From positions 211,103 to 275,102 of the IMG/VR virus record IMGVR_UViG_3300048438_000153: DNA of 64,000 nt. One strand, given 5' to 3'. The position numbers and the translations under genes were made by a program. How positions within the stretch are numbered: the first letter of the stretch is position 1; each line of letters opens with the position of its first letter. This document shows positions 28,258 to 37,283 of the stretch, piece after piece. Below the pieces are notes generated by a model. The model was given only the letters and a program-made list of their open reading frames with translations. It did not search any database and was not told where the DNA came from.

Positions 28258-28506
28258 TCAGCACTCCTCTACAAAGTAACCTTTGCTCTTGAGATAAGCC
28301 ATTAAAGAGACAATCTTATAGGGGTCATTTGACGTGACTACGAGCTTGTTCTCTTTGAGCGAACACTCCCACTCCTCTTTCTCTTTAAGGGTTCTAAGAA
28401 ACCTCTCAGAGAACTCTCCATACTGAGGGTGGACGGTCACAGAGTATTCTTTCTTAATAATTCTCTCTAACCACTTATCTGCTACTTTCTTGCTGATAAT
28501 GCTCAC
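28258..28506 (-). CDS. Hypothetical protein (MSIISKKVADKWL leader)
   Basis: GTG start overlapping the upstream TGA (GTGA); the longer track ORF is an overlap extension. Confidence 0.6.
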   Translation of the reverse strand: MSIISKKVADKWLERIIKKEYSVTVHPQYGEFSERFLRTLKEKEEWECSLKENKLVVTSNDPYKIVSLMAYLKSKGYFVEEC

Positions 28507-29072
28507 AGAAGAACTCGCCTTACTTCCTGACCCCCCCCTGTCTTTCTTAGGAGGGTGAGGTTTGAGTTGACTGTGCTTAGAGCTAGGTGGATCTCTTTCA
28601 AGTCCTCGATCTTTTCTAGTGCGCTGAGACATCTTAGAAACCTATACCTTACTTTCCCTTGAGACTCTCCGATTTCCCTAGCCGCATGGCTTTGACTAGA
28701 GTAGAGATAAAGAAGTATCATTACTCTTATATCCTTCTTATCAGAAAAGTACCGAGAAAGATTATCTTGTAAGTATGCTTCTGTGAAGACAGGTATCGTG
28801 AGCAATACTCTGAGTCTATCCATAGCCCGATTCACACGATAGTGTATGTTCGGCTGAGTGTACCCGAATATCTTACCGAGAGATGATTGAGGCACACCTT
28901 TCAAGACGTGAAGCTCGATCATATCAGCCTCCACAGGGCTAATCCGACCCATGTGGTCGAGGACACACTCAAGCCTCTCTAAAGTCTCCTCGCTTGATTC
29001 TTCTGAGTACGTTGGGAAGTTCGACATTGAGTGCTCATTAGAGAAGATTCTCTCCATGATGTGGCTATCCAT
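28503..29072 (-). CDS. Sigma-70 region-4-like tandem HTH protein (candidate phage sigma factor or regulator)
   Basis: ISPVEADMIELHVLKGVPQSSLGKIFGYTQPNIHYRVNRAMDRLR and a second HTH SQSHAAREIGESQGKVRYR. Confidence 0.65.
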   Translation of the reverse strand: MDSHIMERIFSNEHSMSNFPTYSEESSEETLERLECVLDHMGRISPVEADMIELHVLKGVPQSSLGKIFGYTQPNIHYRVNRAMDRLRVLLTIPVFTEAYLQDNLSRYFSDKKDIRVMILLYLYSSQSHAAREIGESQGKVRYRFLRCLSALEKIEDLKEIHLALSTVNSNLTLLRKTGGGQEVRRVLL

Positions 29073-29601
29073 TAGAATCTCCTACTGAGAAAGAATCCAC
29101 TGTGAGAATCACTTCCGCGCTCCTCAGAGTGATCAATATCGAGTACCGTCCACCCTCAAACTCGCTTTCTTTTTCCAAGATATCGAGGACAATCCCTACG
29201 CACCCTTTAAAGTCACCCCCCGTGATTTCAACCTCATCCCCCAATCGGTAGTTCCCACCACGACTGTAAGCCTCAGAGATCATCTTTCTTAAGTCGGACT
29301 CGCTTATCGTTCCTTGAGATATCATGTCGCTTCGGGTGTCGTATTGACTGATCATGCTGTCTATGTAAACAGACCTCGCTAAGTCATAATACTTAGCTGA
29401 GGGATAGCCAGACTTGACGAAGATATACCCTTCTATAAGAAAGGTCGCTTTTGAAGAACCTCCTCTTAAGATCGGTATGTAGATGTCTTCAAGGCTTACC
29501 TCAGCTAAGTCTTTCAGCCGTTGCGCTAAAAGTCCTAGCTTAGCTTCTTCCTCCCCCTTCGGCGATGTTTGCATCACCACCCAAGTCGATCTCTTTCTCA
29601 T
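29065..29601 (-). CDS. nusG: NusG/RfaH-family transcription elongation factor
   Basis: NGN (WVVM...IYIP...LIEGYIFV) and KOW (GDEVEITGGDFKGCVGIV). Confidence 0.85.
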   Translation of the reverse strand: MRKRSTWVVMQTSPKGEEEAKLGLLAQRLKDLAEVSLEDIYIPILRGGSSKATFLIEGYIFVKSGYPSAKYYDLARSVYIDSMISQYDTRSDMISQGTISESDLRKMISEAYSRGGNYRLGDEVEITGGDFKGCVGIVLDILEKESEFEGGRYSILITLRSAEVILTVDSFSVGDSNG

Positions 29602-30850
29602 CTACACTCCCTCTGTAAGAGTTTGATCTCTCTATTATTCTCTTTACCCATTTCGAGAATAACATCAATGAAACTTCCTCTTCTTTCTCGCTAGTTTCTT
29701 TATCCGAAGGTGCGTTTTTTGCGTTTTCGGGGGCTGTGTCCAAAGAAGCGACCGCAGACTCTTCCGTAGAAGGGGCGACCGCCTCTATCTTAACTCCCCT
29801 AAATCGAAGCCACTTCAAGAGTTCACACTTGAACAGCGCCTCTGTAGAACGGCGCGGTTTTGAAGAGATTGCTTCTGCTAAGAAAATGAGCTTGTCTCCA
29901 TTCTTCTCCCAAGCCTGAGAAAGAACATCTTTGTTCCAATAAGGAGGAGGGTTGCCCACGCCCATACCCAAGCTGATCGCAAGCATCGTGGCTGATAAGA
30001 GCCTGTCGAAAGCCACCCCCACAGGAGTGCTCGAAAGAACCTCATCGGATATTCTTAGAGCTTCTTTTTCATCGCTCACCAAGAGCTTGCAGATGAGGTC
30101 ATTCCTGTCTACATGAAGATAAGAGCGAACCGCCTCTAGTGACACACTCTTAGAGTTCGATGAAGCAACTCCCTCAACTCCCTTGAGCGCGTCTCGGATG
30201 TGACCCTCAGTGAAGTCTGCGATGAGTATGAGAGCTTCTCTTTCGTATGAGAAACCCTCCTGATCACAGACCACAGCAAGCCTACTTGCGATCTCTTCAG
30301 AATCGACATGGTGGATGATAAAGGCGGGAGCGCATCGAGAAAGAACTGTGGCTCTCATCTTCTCGGGCTCTGTAGTACAGAAGATGCAAACGAGCCTCTT
30401 CTCTTCAGACCCTTTGCGATTGTCCTCCATAGGCTTTAAGAGAGCGTCGAGGGCGCTAGGGGAGAGCTGATGCGACTCGTCAAAGAGGTAGAGCTTACGC
30501 CTACCTGAGAAAGCACTGTAGTCCAACTCTTCGAGGATTTTCTTAACGTCAGCTTTACCGCTGTTGGTGGCTGCGTCCACTTCGACAAAAGCGTCACTCC
30601 CTCCCTCAAGCATACCCTTGCAAGATGAACACTCGTCACAGGGGTTTCCCTCGCTTGGGTTCTCACATAAAAGAGCGCGAGCTAGGATTCTCCCTAGCGT
30701 CGTTTTCCCTGATCCGAACGGGCCTGCGAACAGGTAAGACTGCTTCCACCCCGCTCCTTCCGAGACGATTCCTCTTAAGGTCTTGACCGCACCTGATTGA
30801 CCCAACACATCTTCATAGGTGCGAGGTCTATACTTTGTATCTAAGCTCAT
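29540..30850 (-). CDS. dnaX: DNA polymerase III gamma/tau clamp-loader ATPase
   Basis: KYRPRTYEDVLGQ, GPFGSGKTT, C...PCDECSSC zinc module, DESH, TVLSRC, GHIRDAL. Confidence 0.95.
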   Translation of the reverse strand: MSLDTKYRPRTYEDVLGQSGAVKTLRGIVSEGAGWKQSYLFAGPFGSGKTTLGRILARALLCENPSEGNPCDECSSCKGMLEGGSDAFVEVDAATNSGKADVKKILEELDYSAFSGRRKLYLFDESHQLSPSALDALLKPMEDNRKGSEEKRLVCIFCTTEPEKMRATVLSRCAPAFIIHHVDSEEIASRLAVVCDQEGFSYEREALILIADFTEGHIRDALKGVEGVASSNSKSVSLEAVRSYLHVDRNDLICKLLVSDEKEALRISDEVLSSTPVGVAFDRLLSATMLAISLGMGVGNPPPYWNKDVLSQAWEKNGDKLIFLAEAISSKPRRSTEALFKCELLKWLRFRGVKIEAVAPSTEESAVASLDTAPENAKNAPSDKETSEKEEEVSLMLFSKWVKRIIERSNSYRGSVDEKEIDLGGDANIAEGGGRS

Positions 30851-30896
30851 CTCTTCCTCTTAACAGCATAGGTTTAACACCCCTACTCATATAGGA

Positions 30897-31874
30897 TTAG
30901 GAGAGAGCTGACCACCTTATCGTCTCGTCAATCGGATTCCCGTAGGTCAACGTGAATCCCTGATTAGTCTGATTAGATATTGAAGGCATAACACCTTGTG
31001 ATGAGGGCTGTACTGAGATCGTGTACTCCGCGCCCTCCAAAGGACATGGGAGAGAGATTTCTTTCTCCGCTTCATTGTCAAAGTCTGAAGATCCGCTCAC
31101 GACACTCTGCTTCAGCGTGCTTCCGACATCGCCAACACAAGTATTGGCGTTCCCACTCAAGTAGAGATTAGAGTTAGTCAGCGCCACATCAAGAACGCTC
31201 GACACAGAAACGAAACTCTGACTGATCATATCGACGAGAGTGATGTCGGGCGCGCGAGCGCCTACTACCTCTAAATGACTCGCCTCAGAAACAGAGATAG
31301 AACCTTGCCCTGAGAAAGAACATCCTGACGCGAGTACGCTCACCTTAGACGAGCTTAAGAAAGAAGAATCGGGGTGATCAGTCGTGTCAAGAGAACAGCC
31401 GACAAGCTCGATGGATTGCGTTGTGTCTTGCGCGGTAACTTCAATGATCGAAGGGTTATTGTTACCGACGAGATCCCTGATCACAAGACTCAGATTATAA
31501 CCTTTCAACGAAGCATCTGAGAGGGTGATACAGGGCGCGTCCGTTGAGTCTATAACCACCTCTCCCCTTGAGAACATCACCACAGGCTTAGAGATAGAGA
31601 GTGACTCAGAGTAAGTGCCTTGATAAACGACAACCACGCCCCCACTTTGAGGGAGGAAGTCAATGGCTTCCTGTACGCTATTGAAGTCAGCTCCCTGATT
31701 ACTCTTAGAGACAGAAACCACGTCATCGACGGCTCTTTCCCCTACAAGAGCCTTAAGCGAAATGCTCCCGACACTTGTGTCGTAAAACACTAGGCTAGAG
31801 GTTGTGTCTCTTTGGATGTTGGGATGGCTCGCTAGACTACCGAACTGAATCTTATCTGCTTTTATAGGGTTCAT
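30897..31874 (-). CDS. Structural protein with a pectin-lyase-like beta-helix
   Basis: ADFNSVQEAID...VVVYQGTYSESL pectinesterase-like start; lectin-like C-terminus. Confidence 0.6.
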   Translation of the reverse strand: MNPIKADKIQFGSLASHPNIQRDTTSSLVFYDTSVGSISLKALVGERAVDDVVSVSKSNQGADFNSVQEAIDFLPQSGGVVVVYQGTYSESLSISKPVVMFSRGEVVIDSTDAPCITLSDASLKGYNLSLVIRDLVGNNNPSIIEVTAQDTTQSIELVGCSLDTTDHPDSSFLSSSKVSVLASGCSFSGQGSISVSEASHLEVVGARAPDITLVDMISQSFVSVSSVLDVALTNSNLYLSGNANTCVGDVGSTLKQSVVSGSSDFDNEAEKEISLPCPLEGAEYTISVQPSSQGVMPSISNQTNQGFTLTYGNPIDETIRWSALS

Positions 31875-31910
31875 AACCGTTCTCCTTTAGCTCTTCAGAA
31901 AGAGCTGACT

Positions 31911-31922
31911 ATAAACGAGGTA
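31911..31922 (-). promoter_or_regulatory. Putative late promoter TA-N5-TTTAT (TACCTCGTTTAT)
   Basis: 37 nt upstream of the start at 31874. Confidence 0.5.
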
Positions 31923-32405
31923 CTACTCTTCAAGTCTCTTTCTATGTCTCTTGACAGCGCGGTAACAGTTAGACCTGTCAGTAAAGCCCGCTATTTTGGC
32001 GATCTTTTCATAAGACCAGCCATTTTTCTTTCTTAACTTGTAAGCGAACTCCGCTCTCTTGTCTATGAAAGGGTTAGGTAGGCTCTTGTCCTCACAATAT
32101 CTTCTGATTCGATAGTAAACCTTGTCTTTGTGAAGCCCTACAAGCTGAGAAATATCCCGAACGCTCATGCCGTTCATAAAAAGCGCATGAAGGTAGTCTC
32201 CGTTGTATTTTCTAGTAGGCAAAGGATAGGGTGCGCTCGTCTTTCTCGCGTACTTGACGACCTGATACCTCACTCTTTCTTTCTTAATGCCCAAAGCATA
32301 CGCGATCTCTCGGTATGTCATGCCCTGAGAATAGAGGCTGTAAGCCTCGAAAGAAAGGGTGTCTAGTCCTCCCAAATCTGACTCCACCAACAGGCACAAT
32401 CCCAC
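31923..32405 (-). CDS. Triple helix-turn-helix DNA-binding protein (start uncertain)
   Basis: GMTYREIAYALG, GMSVRDISQLVG, GWSYEKIAKIAG. Confidence 0.75.
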   Translation of the reverse strand: MGLCLLVESDLGGLDTLSFEAYSLYSQGMTYREIAYALGIKKERVRYQVVKYARKTSAPYPLPTRKYNGDYLHALFMNGMSVRDISQLVGLHKDKVYYRIRRYCEDKSLPNPFIDKRAEFAYKLRKKNGWSYEKIAKIAGFTDRSNCYRAVKRHRKRLEE

Positions 32406-33313
32406 TTGTTAGCGGTGATATGGTGATGTCCTACAACGCCTGTAAAAGAACTCGTCATGTAACTCTTATCCATGACTCCATGATAGAAATCTCCCTCGTA
32501 GGACTGACCGTCCACACCGCGAGGACACTGATAAGGGATGTCGAGCACGTCGCAGAGAGACTTAATCGCCTCACGAACTGCGAGCGCGACTCTTGGGTCA
32601 AGCGTCAAGACCTTCTTGTCTCCGCGCCCTGTTGTGTTCTCTTCCACTGAAAGATTGTAGCCTTTTTTAGTGTAGTGGTCTTTCCACTTCAGGCTAGGTT
32701 GCTGACAGATGTCGATCCCTACTGAATAAGAGTTTGACCAACCTCCATGCCACGACTTGTGGTTGAGGTCGAGATACTGATAAATCGTAGGATCTCCGCT
32801 AGGGCTAAGTCCGATACCCGCATGACTAGAAACCTTTCTGTCAGGGTTTGAGAATATCCTATGACAGTGTGTGGGGTCGAGCCCTCCCCAATGCACGACG
32901 ATGAACGTAGGCTTTCTGCCGTTTCTAGAAGAGAAGTGACCAAAGCGGTGGAGATCAAGACCACCACTCTGATCGAAGTTGATAGTATGAACGTCTCCAT
33001 CAATCTCTACGTTGATGCGCCTGTCGTTCAGTGTCCAAAAGGGTTGGGTATCGTCAACGTGATCGAATTTCTTAAGGAGAACTGACCATGTTCCGCGCCC
33101 CATCTTACCATCTACTTGACTACCTGAGCCGTAGGTGTCTTCTTGGAAAGACTCAACCGCTAAAGCGAACTCTACTGAGTCATAAGGCGCGTCGAGATTC
33201 GGATATGCTTCTATAGCACCACAGGGGATAGAACCGCCCCAACCGACACTTGAAGATGCTTTCAGATTGTAAGTGCAAGCACTCTTTTTCGTCTGTGTGA
33301 TCAAACTTGACAT
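32363..33313 (-). CDS. N-acetylmuramoyl-L-alanine amidase (endolysin) with an N-terminal PG-binding domain
   Basis: FQ...VDGKMGRGTW PG-binding motif; IVVHWGG, SSHAGI, SWHGG..NSYSVGIDIC, VVGHHH..KWD. Confidence 0.85.
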   Translation of the reverse strand: MSSLITQTKKSACTYNLKASSSVGWGGSIPCGAIEAYPNLDAPYDSVEFALAVESFQEDTYGSGSQVDGKMGRGTWSVLLKKFDHVDDTQPFWTLNDRRINVEIDGDVHTINFDQSGGLDLHRFGHFSSRNGRKPTFIVVHWGGLDPTHCHRIFSNPDRKVSSHAGIGLSPSGDPTIYQYLDLNHKSWHGGWSNSYSVGIDICQQPSLKWKDHYTKKGYNLSVEENTTGRGDKKVLTLDPRVALAVREAIKSLCDVLDIPYQCPRGVDGQSYEGDFYHGVMDKSYMTSSFTGVVGHHHITANKWDCACWWSQIWED

Positions 33314-33362
33314 AAAATGACCTCTTTTCTTTCTTAAAGAAGGTTATTGAGAGAGGAAAGCA

Positions 33363-34730
33363 ATGAGCTTCCGTTTATTTATACCCGACATTGAAGAAAT
33401 ATCAGCTCTCCTAGTCTGCTCCCACGCCTCTAGTGGGAAAACTGTCGCGATCTGTAGAAATGGGCAAGTTTTCACTAACTTATCAGCCAAGTCTACAGTC
33501 AATCAATGGACTCCTCGACACCATTTCGTACAAAAAGCATTCTTAGAGATCATTGGCGAGGGTGATGGAGGGAAGCTAGGTTGCTTTCTCGCTATTTCTC
33601 TCATCAGAAGTTTAGCCAAACACAAACATGGTGGGCATCCTGATCTTACGAGGGAAGTGCTCAGCCACCTCCCTGAAATAGAAGCTCAGATTATCTCAAG
33701 ATCGAGGGGCGCAGGAAGAAATGATCTCGTCAGCCTAGCTCAAGACTTGCCCTTTGCTGAGAGACTCGCCGATGCGGTTTTTCTATCAGGAGCGGAGTCT
33801 CATATATCCCTTGAGAAATACGAAGGTATTGGGTGTGAAGTCGTTGAGTCCGAGAGTCTATACTCTGAAGTGCGCTCAATGGGCGTGTCAGAGCAAGTCT
33901 CTCTCAAGGGCGCTATGGTAGCTCTAATCCCTAAGAGGCTATCTTCTTTCCAAGATATAGCTGAGCCCTTAGAGCTCATGGGTTCTTTCCCAAATAGACC
34001 TCTTCTGATTGTTGCCCCGATGATCAGGGGGGAAGCACTCGCCACTATTAAGAAGAACAGAGATGGTGGTGTCGTTGAAGTATACGGTGTTGAAGCCCCT
34101 CTAGTCTCATGGGGGCGCGGTTGGTTAGAGGATATCGCCTCTTTCACAGGAGGGACGCTCTACGACCCTATGGTATACTCTGAATACGGCTTAGAGATGT
34201 ACGGCTCAGCGAGAGAAGTAACTCTCAAGCCTAATGAGATCATCATAGAACCTTATGATGATCACGCTGAATGCACCGCGCAGAGAATCAGTCAGCTTCT
34301 ACATGAGGCGAGTCAGTCACCTCACGCGCACACAAGGGACTTGTGGAGAAAGAGGGCGTCCATGCTCGGAGGAACTCTTATTCGCTTGAAAGTGGGAGGG
34401 GTGACTGAAGCAGAGGGGCGCGTGAATAGGAATAAGGCAGAAAAGGCGATCACCTCTATGGGTATGATGTTACAAGGAGGTTGCGTGGAGGGTGTTATCC
34501 CAATTCTTTCAGAAATACAGGGGGTACACCCTATTGTTGACCGAGCTTTGTTAGCTCCGCTTAGAGTAGTCGCGCTCAACAACAACATCGCTAACCTAGA
34601 GAGTGCTAAATCTCTTTCTCCTCGATTAAGAGATCCATTCCCGACAGAAAGAGCTCTCTCGTTGGTTCGGAAAAGCTTTTCAGTAGCCACCACGCTTTGT
34701 TCAGTTGCTAAGATTATTAAGGGGAAGTAA
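33363..34730 (+). CDS. groEL: Divergent GroEL/Cpn60-like chaperonin
   Basis: GDGG, RPLLIVA..GEALATI..N, LEDIASFTGG, IRLKVGGVTEAE, RALLAPL, SVATTL. Confidence 0.8.
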   Translation: MSFRLFIPDIEEISALLVCSHASSGKTVAICRNGQVFTNLSAKSTVNQWTPRHHFVQKAFLEIIGEGDGGKLGCFLAISLIRSLAKHKHGGHPDLTREVLSHLPEIEAQIISRSRGAGRNDLVSLAQDLPFAERLADAVFLSGAESHISLEKYEGIGCEVVESESLYSEVRSMGVSEQVSLKGAMVALIPKRLSSFQDIAEPLELMGSFPNRPLLIVAPMIRGEALATIKKNRDGGVVEVYGVEAPLVSWGRGWLEDIASFTGGTLYDPMVYSEYGLEMYGSAREVTLKPNEIIIEPYDDHAECTAQRISQLLHEASQSPHAHTRDLWRKRASMLGGTLIRLKVGGVTEAEGRVNRNKAEKAITSMGMMLQGGCVEGVIPILSEIQGVHPIVDRALLAPLRVVALNNNIANLESAKSLSPRLRDPFPTERALSLVRKSFSVATTLCSVAKIIKGK

Positions 34731-34838
34731 ATGATAGAAATAAAGATAGATAACGGCACAGAAAGACTCAAGGGTCTAGAGGATAACTCTGTGGGCGCAA
34801 TCATCTGTGATCCTCTATGTATAAGGATTAAGAAATGA
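34731..34838 (+). pseudogene. Internally deleted duplicate of the MTase catalytic-half gene (35 aa)
   Basis: MIEIKIDNGTERLKGLEDNSVGAIICDP|LCIRIKK matches both the start (MIEIKIGDCVDRLKDLEDNSVDAIICDP) and the end (VCVGIKK) of 35152-35733. Confidence 0.8.
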
Positions 34839-35155
34839 TCATCACATTACTTAGAAAACCCTTAGAGGGGACAGTAGCTGAAAACACCCTTAAACATGGA
34901 TGTGGGGCGATTAATATAGATGCCACTAGAGTTTCTTTTGATGATAACGAAAGCATCAATTTCAAAGCCCGACAAAGACAGCAAACAGCTTCCTACAAAG
35001 AGAGCGGGTGGTCTGGTCATGTCGCGCAAGTTGGTTCTGACATACAGATGTATAAAGAAAAGGGCAGATGGCCTGCTAACTTCTTCTTAACTAGTAATAT
35101 CAAATGTGAAGGGTCAAATTTTTTTAAGCAGTTCAAGAAAGATAATGACCAATGA
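34835..35155 (+). CDS. DNA N4/N6 methyltransferase middle module
   Basis: RKPLEGTVAENTLKHGCGAINIDATRV...GRWPAN, normally internal to phage beta-class MTases. Confidence 0.75.
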   Translation: MIITLLRKPLEGTVAENTLKHGCGAINIDATRVSFDDNESINFKARQRQQTASYKESGWSGHVAQVGSDIQMYKEKGRWPANFFLTSNIKCEGSNFFKQFKKDNDQ

Positions 35156-35733
35156 TAGAAATAAAGATAGGTGATTGTGTAGATCGCCTCAAAGACCTAG
35201 AAGATAACTCAGTTGACGCAATCATCTGCGACCCTCCTTATGGACTTAAGTTTATGTCTAAAGGATGGGATGACATCGGTGACGGTAGTCAGCAGAGAGA
35301 ATGGCATAGAGCTTGGCTAACTGAAGCCCACAGAGTTCTTAAGTCAAGTGGAGTCCTCAAGGCTTTCTCAGGCACAAGGACTTTCCATCATCTGATAGCG
35401 ATGATGGAAGAAATAGGCTTCTCAGAGTTACGGGTAGAAGCATGGACTTACGGATCAGGCTTCCCAAAGTCACATAGCCTCTCGAAACAGTTTGAAAAGA
35501 GAGCGGGTGTAGAAGGTGATATAGTCGGTTACTCTAAGGGGGTTTCAGTGGAAGACTCTCAAGGCTACGGAGGGATCGGAAGAGGCGCTGTGGGTATTGT
35601 TCAGAAAGTAGTAGACTTACCTGTGAGAGCTCTCGTCACAGAAGAGGCAAAGACTTGGGAAGGTTGGGGGACTGCGCTCAAACCCTCATGGGAGCCTGTG
35701 TGTGTAGGGATTAAGAAAGAAAAACATGAGTAA
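35152..35733 (+). CDS. DNA N4/N6 methyltransferase catalytic (DPPY) module lacking SAM motif I
   Basis: GDCVDRLK..NSVDAIICDPPYG, WTYGSGFPKS, WEGWGTALKPSWEP. Confidence 0.85.
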   Translation: MIEIKIGDCVDRLKDLEDNSVDAIICDPPYGLKFMSKGWDDIGDGSQQREWHRAWLTEAHRVLKSSGVLKAFSGTRTFHHLIAMMEEIGFSELRVEAWTYGSGFPKSHSLSKQFEKRAGVEGDIVGYSKGVSVEDSQGYGGIGRGAVGIVQKVVDLPVRALVTEEAKTWEGWGTALKPSWEPVCVGIKKEKHE

Positions 35734-35944
35734 AGAGTACGAGAAAGTAGACCACCCTGACCACTATCAGAGTGAGCGCATCGAAGCCATCGACGTGATA
35801 GAGGCTTTCCGCCTCAACTTTTCTTTAGGGTCTGCGGTCAAGTACATCTTGAGAGCGGGAAAGAAACCTTCAGAGAAAGCCACTGAAGACCTCAGTAAAG
35901 CCGTTTGGTATCTACAGAGAGAAATTGAGCGCAGAAAACAATGA
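35726..35944 (+). CDS. DUF3310 (T7 gp1.7-like) protein
   Basis: VDHPDHY..IEAIDVI..FSLGSAVKYILRAGKK..EDLSKAVWYL. Confidence 0.85.
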   Translation: MSKEYEKVDHPDHYQSERIEAIDVIEAFRLNFSLGSAVKYILRAGKKPSEKATEDLSKAVWYLQREIERRKQ

Positions 35945-36417
35945 ACCCTAAGCATCTTAGAGTAAGAGTCGCTCAGTGCGATTTGATATCCTCAAACTCT
36001 CCATGCCCTCGTAGGAAAGTGGGTGCTCTTATCATTGACCCTCAGACTAATGTGGTAATCAGCGAGGGTTACAACGGCACTCCTAGAGGATCAGACAAAA
36101 GATACTGCGGTGGGGAGTATCTCTGTGAACGCGAAGAGATGGCTATCCCGAGCGGGACGAGAAACGATGTCGGATGTCACCACGCAGAAATGAACGCAAT
36201 ACTTAATGCTTCAAGGGTAGGGCAATCTACACTTGGAAAATGGCTTATCGCCAACTGCGACCCATGCCTGATGTGCGCGAAAGCGATACATCATGCTGGT
36301 ATTGAGAAACTATTCGCCCCCAACCTATCTTCGGGAGATCACATAGAGGGTCTTGAATATCTCAAGAATAATGGCATCTCACTCGAAGCACTGCCTACCA
36401 CAGAGGAAGACCCATGA
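35941..36417 (+). CDS. dCMP deaminase
   Basis: RRKVGA, GYNG.P, HAEMNAI, PCLMCAKAI. Confidence 0.92.
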   Translation: MNPKHLRVRVAQCDLISSNSPCPRRKVGALIIDPQTNVVISEGYNGTPRGSDKRYCGGEYLCEREEMAIPSGTRNDVGCHHAEMNAILNASRVGQSTLGKWLIANCDPCLMCAKAIHHAGIEKLFAPNLSSGDHIEGLEYLKNNGISLEALPTTEEDP

Positions 36418-37115
36418 AAGAAATGATCGACTATTTCCTAGCGATGATAACCCCTCCGATTGAGGACGCTTTAGTTCTCGTCTCAAAGCCTTCAGAAATA
36501 GACTATGATAAGTATCTAGACAACAGTGGGATAATCCCAACCTATAAGCCCTCTGTTCATGGATTAATATTACTTTCCGAACCCACTGAGAAAGAGGCGG
36601 AGCTTATTTTCTCAATACTTAAACCTGGCGCCCACATCGTGCTAATCCCAAGCGAAGACACCCTAATCGGACATAAGGGTGTCATAGAGTTAGAGGACAT
36701 TGGATGTGAGGTTCGAGATGCAATCTTTGTAGCAGAAGACGCTGAGAGCTTTTATTACACGTCAAAAGCGAGCCGTTCAGAAAGAGAATCGGGATTAACA
36801 CCTGAGAAAGAGGGGGCGCGAGCTAACACACATCCTACAGTGAAGCCCATTTCTATCATGGAGTGGTGCGCTAGAGACACCCCACCCAACTCCACTGTTG
36901 TAGACCCATTCTTAGGCTCGGGTACGACAGGCATTGCGATGTCTCGTTTAGGGCATTGCTTTGTGGGGATAGAGCTTCAGCCTGAGTACGCTAAAATCTG
37001 CGAGGCGCGTATTCGGTATTGGATGCCCATAGGCACTGAGGTTAACTCTGAAGCAGAGGTAGGAAAGACCGAAGAGAAAGAGGGGAGGACTCTTTCCATC
37101 TTCGACCTCTTCTAA
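36414..37115 (+). CDS. DNA methyltransferase SAM-binding module with a degenerate catalytic region
   Basis: FYYTSKASRSER, NTHPTVKP, VVDPFLGSGTTG, FVGIE; no DPPY/NPPY. Confidence 0.85.
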   Translation: MKEMIDYFLAMITPPIEDALVLVSKPSEIDYDKYLDNSGIIPTYKPSVHGLILLSEPTEKEAELIFSILKPGAHIVLIPSEDTLIGHKGVIELEDIGCEVRDAIFVAEDAESFYYTSKASRSERESGLTPEKEGARANTHPTVKPISIMEWCARDTPPNSTVVDPFLGSGTTGIAMSRLGHCFVGIELQPEYAKICEARIRYWMPIGTEVNSEAEVGKTEEKEGRTLSIFDLF

Positions 37116-37283
37116 TATCTCTCGTACCATCGCTCTGCTTTGTACTCAGGACTCTCTATTTTCACTGAGAAGAACAGAGGGAGCAGAGAGATAAAAAGTA
37201 AGAATAAAAAACACATCAAATAGCCTCCTTAGTTAGTATACACACAGTATGTGGATGTAAGACTTATCGAAAGGAGATTACAT

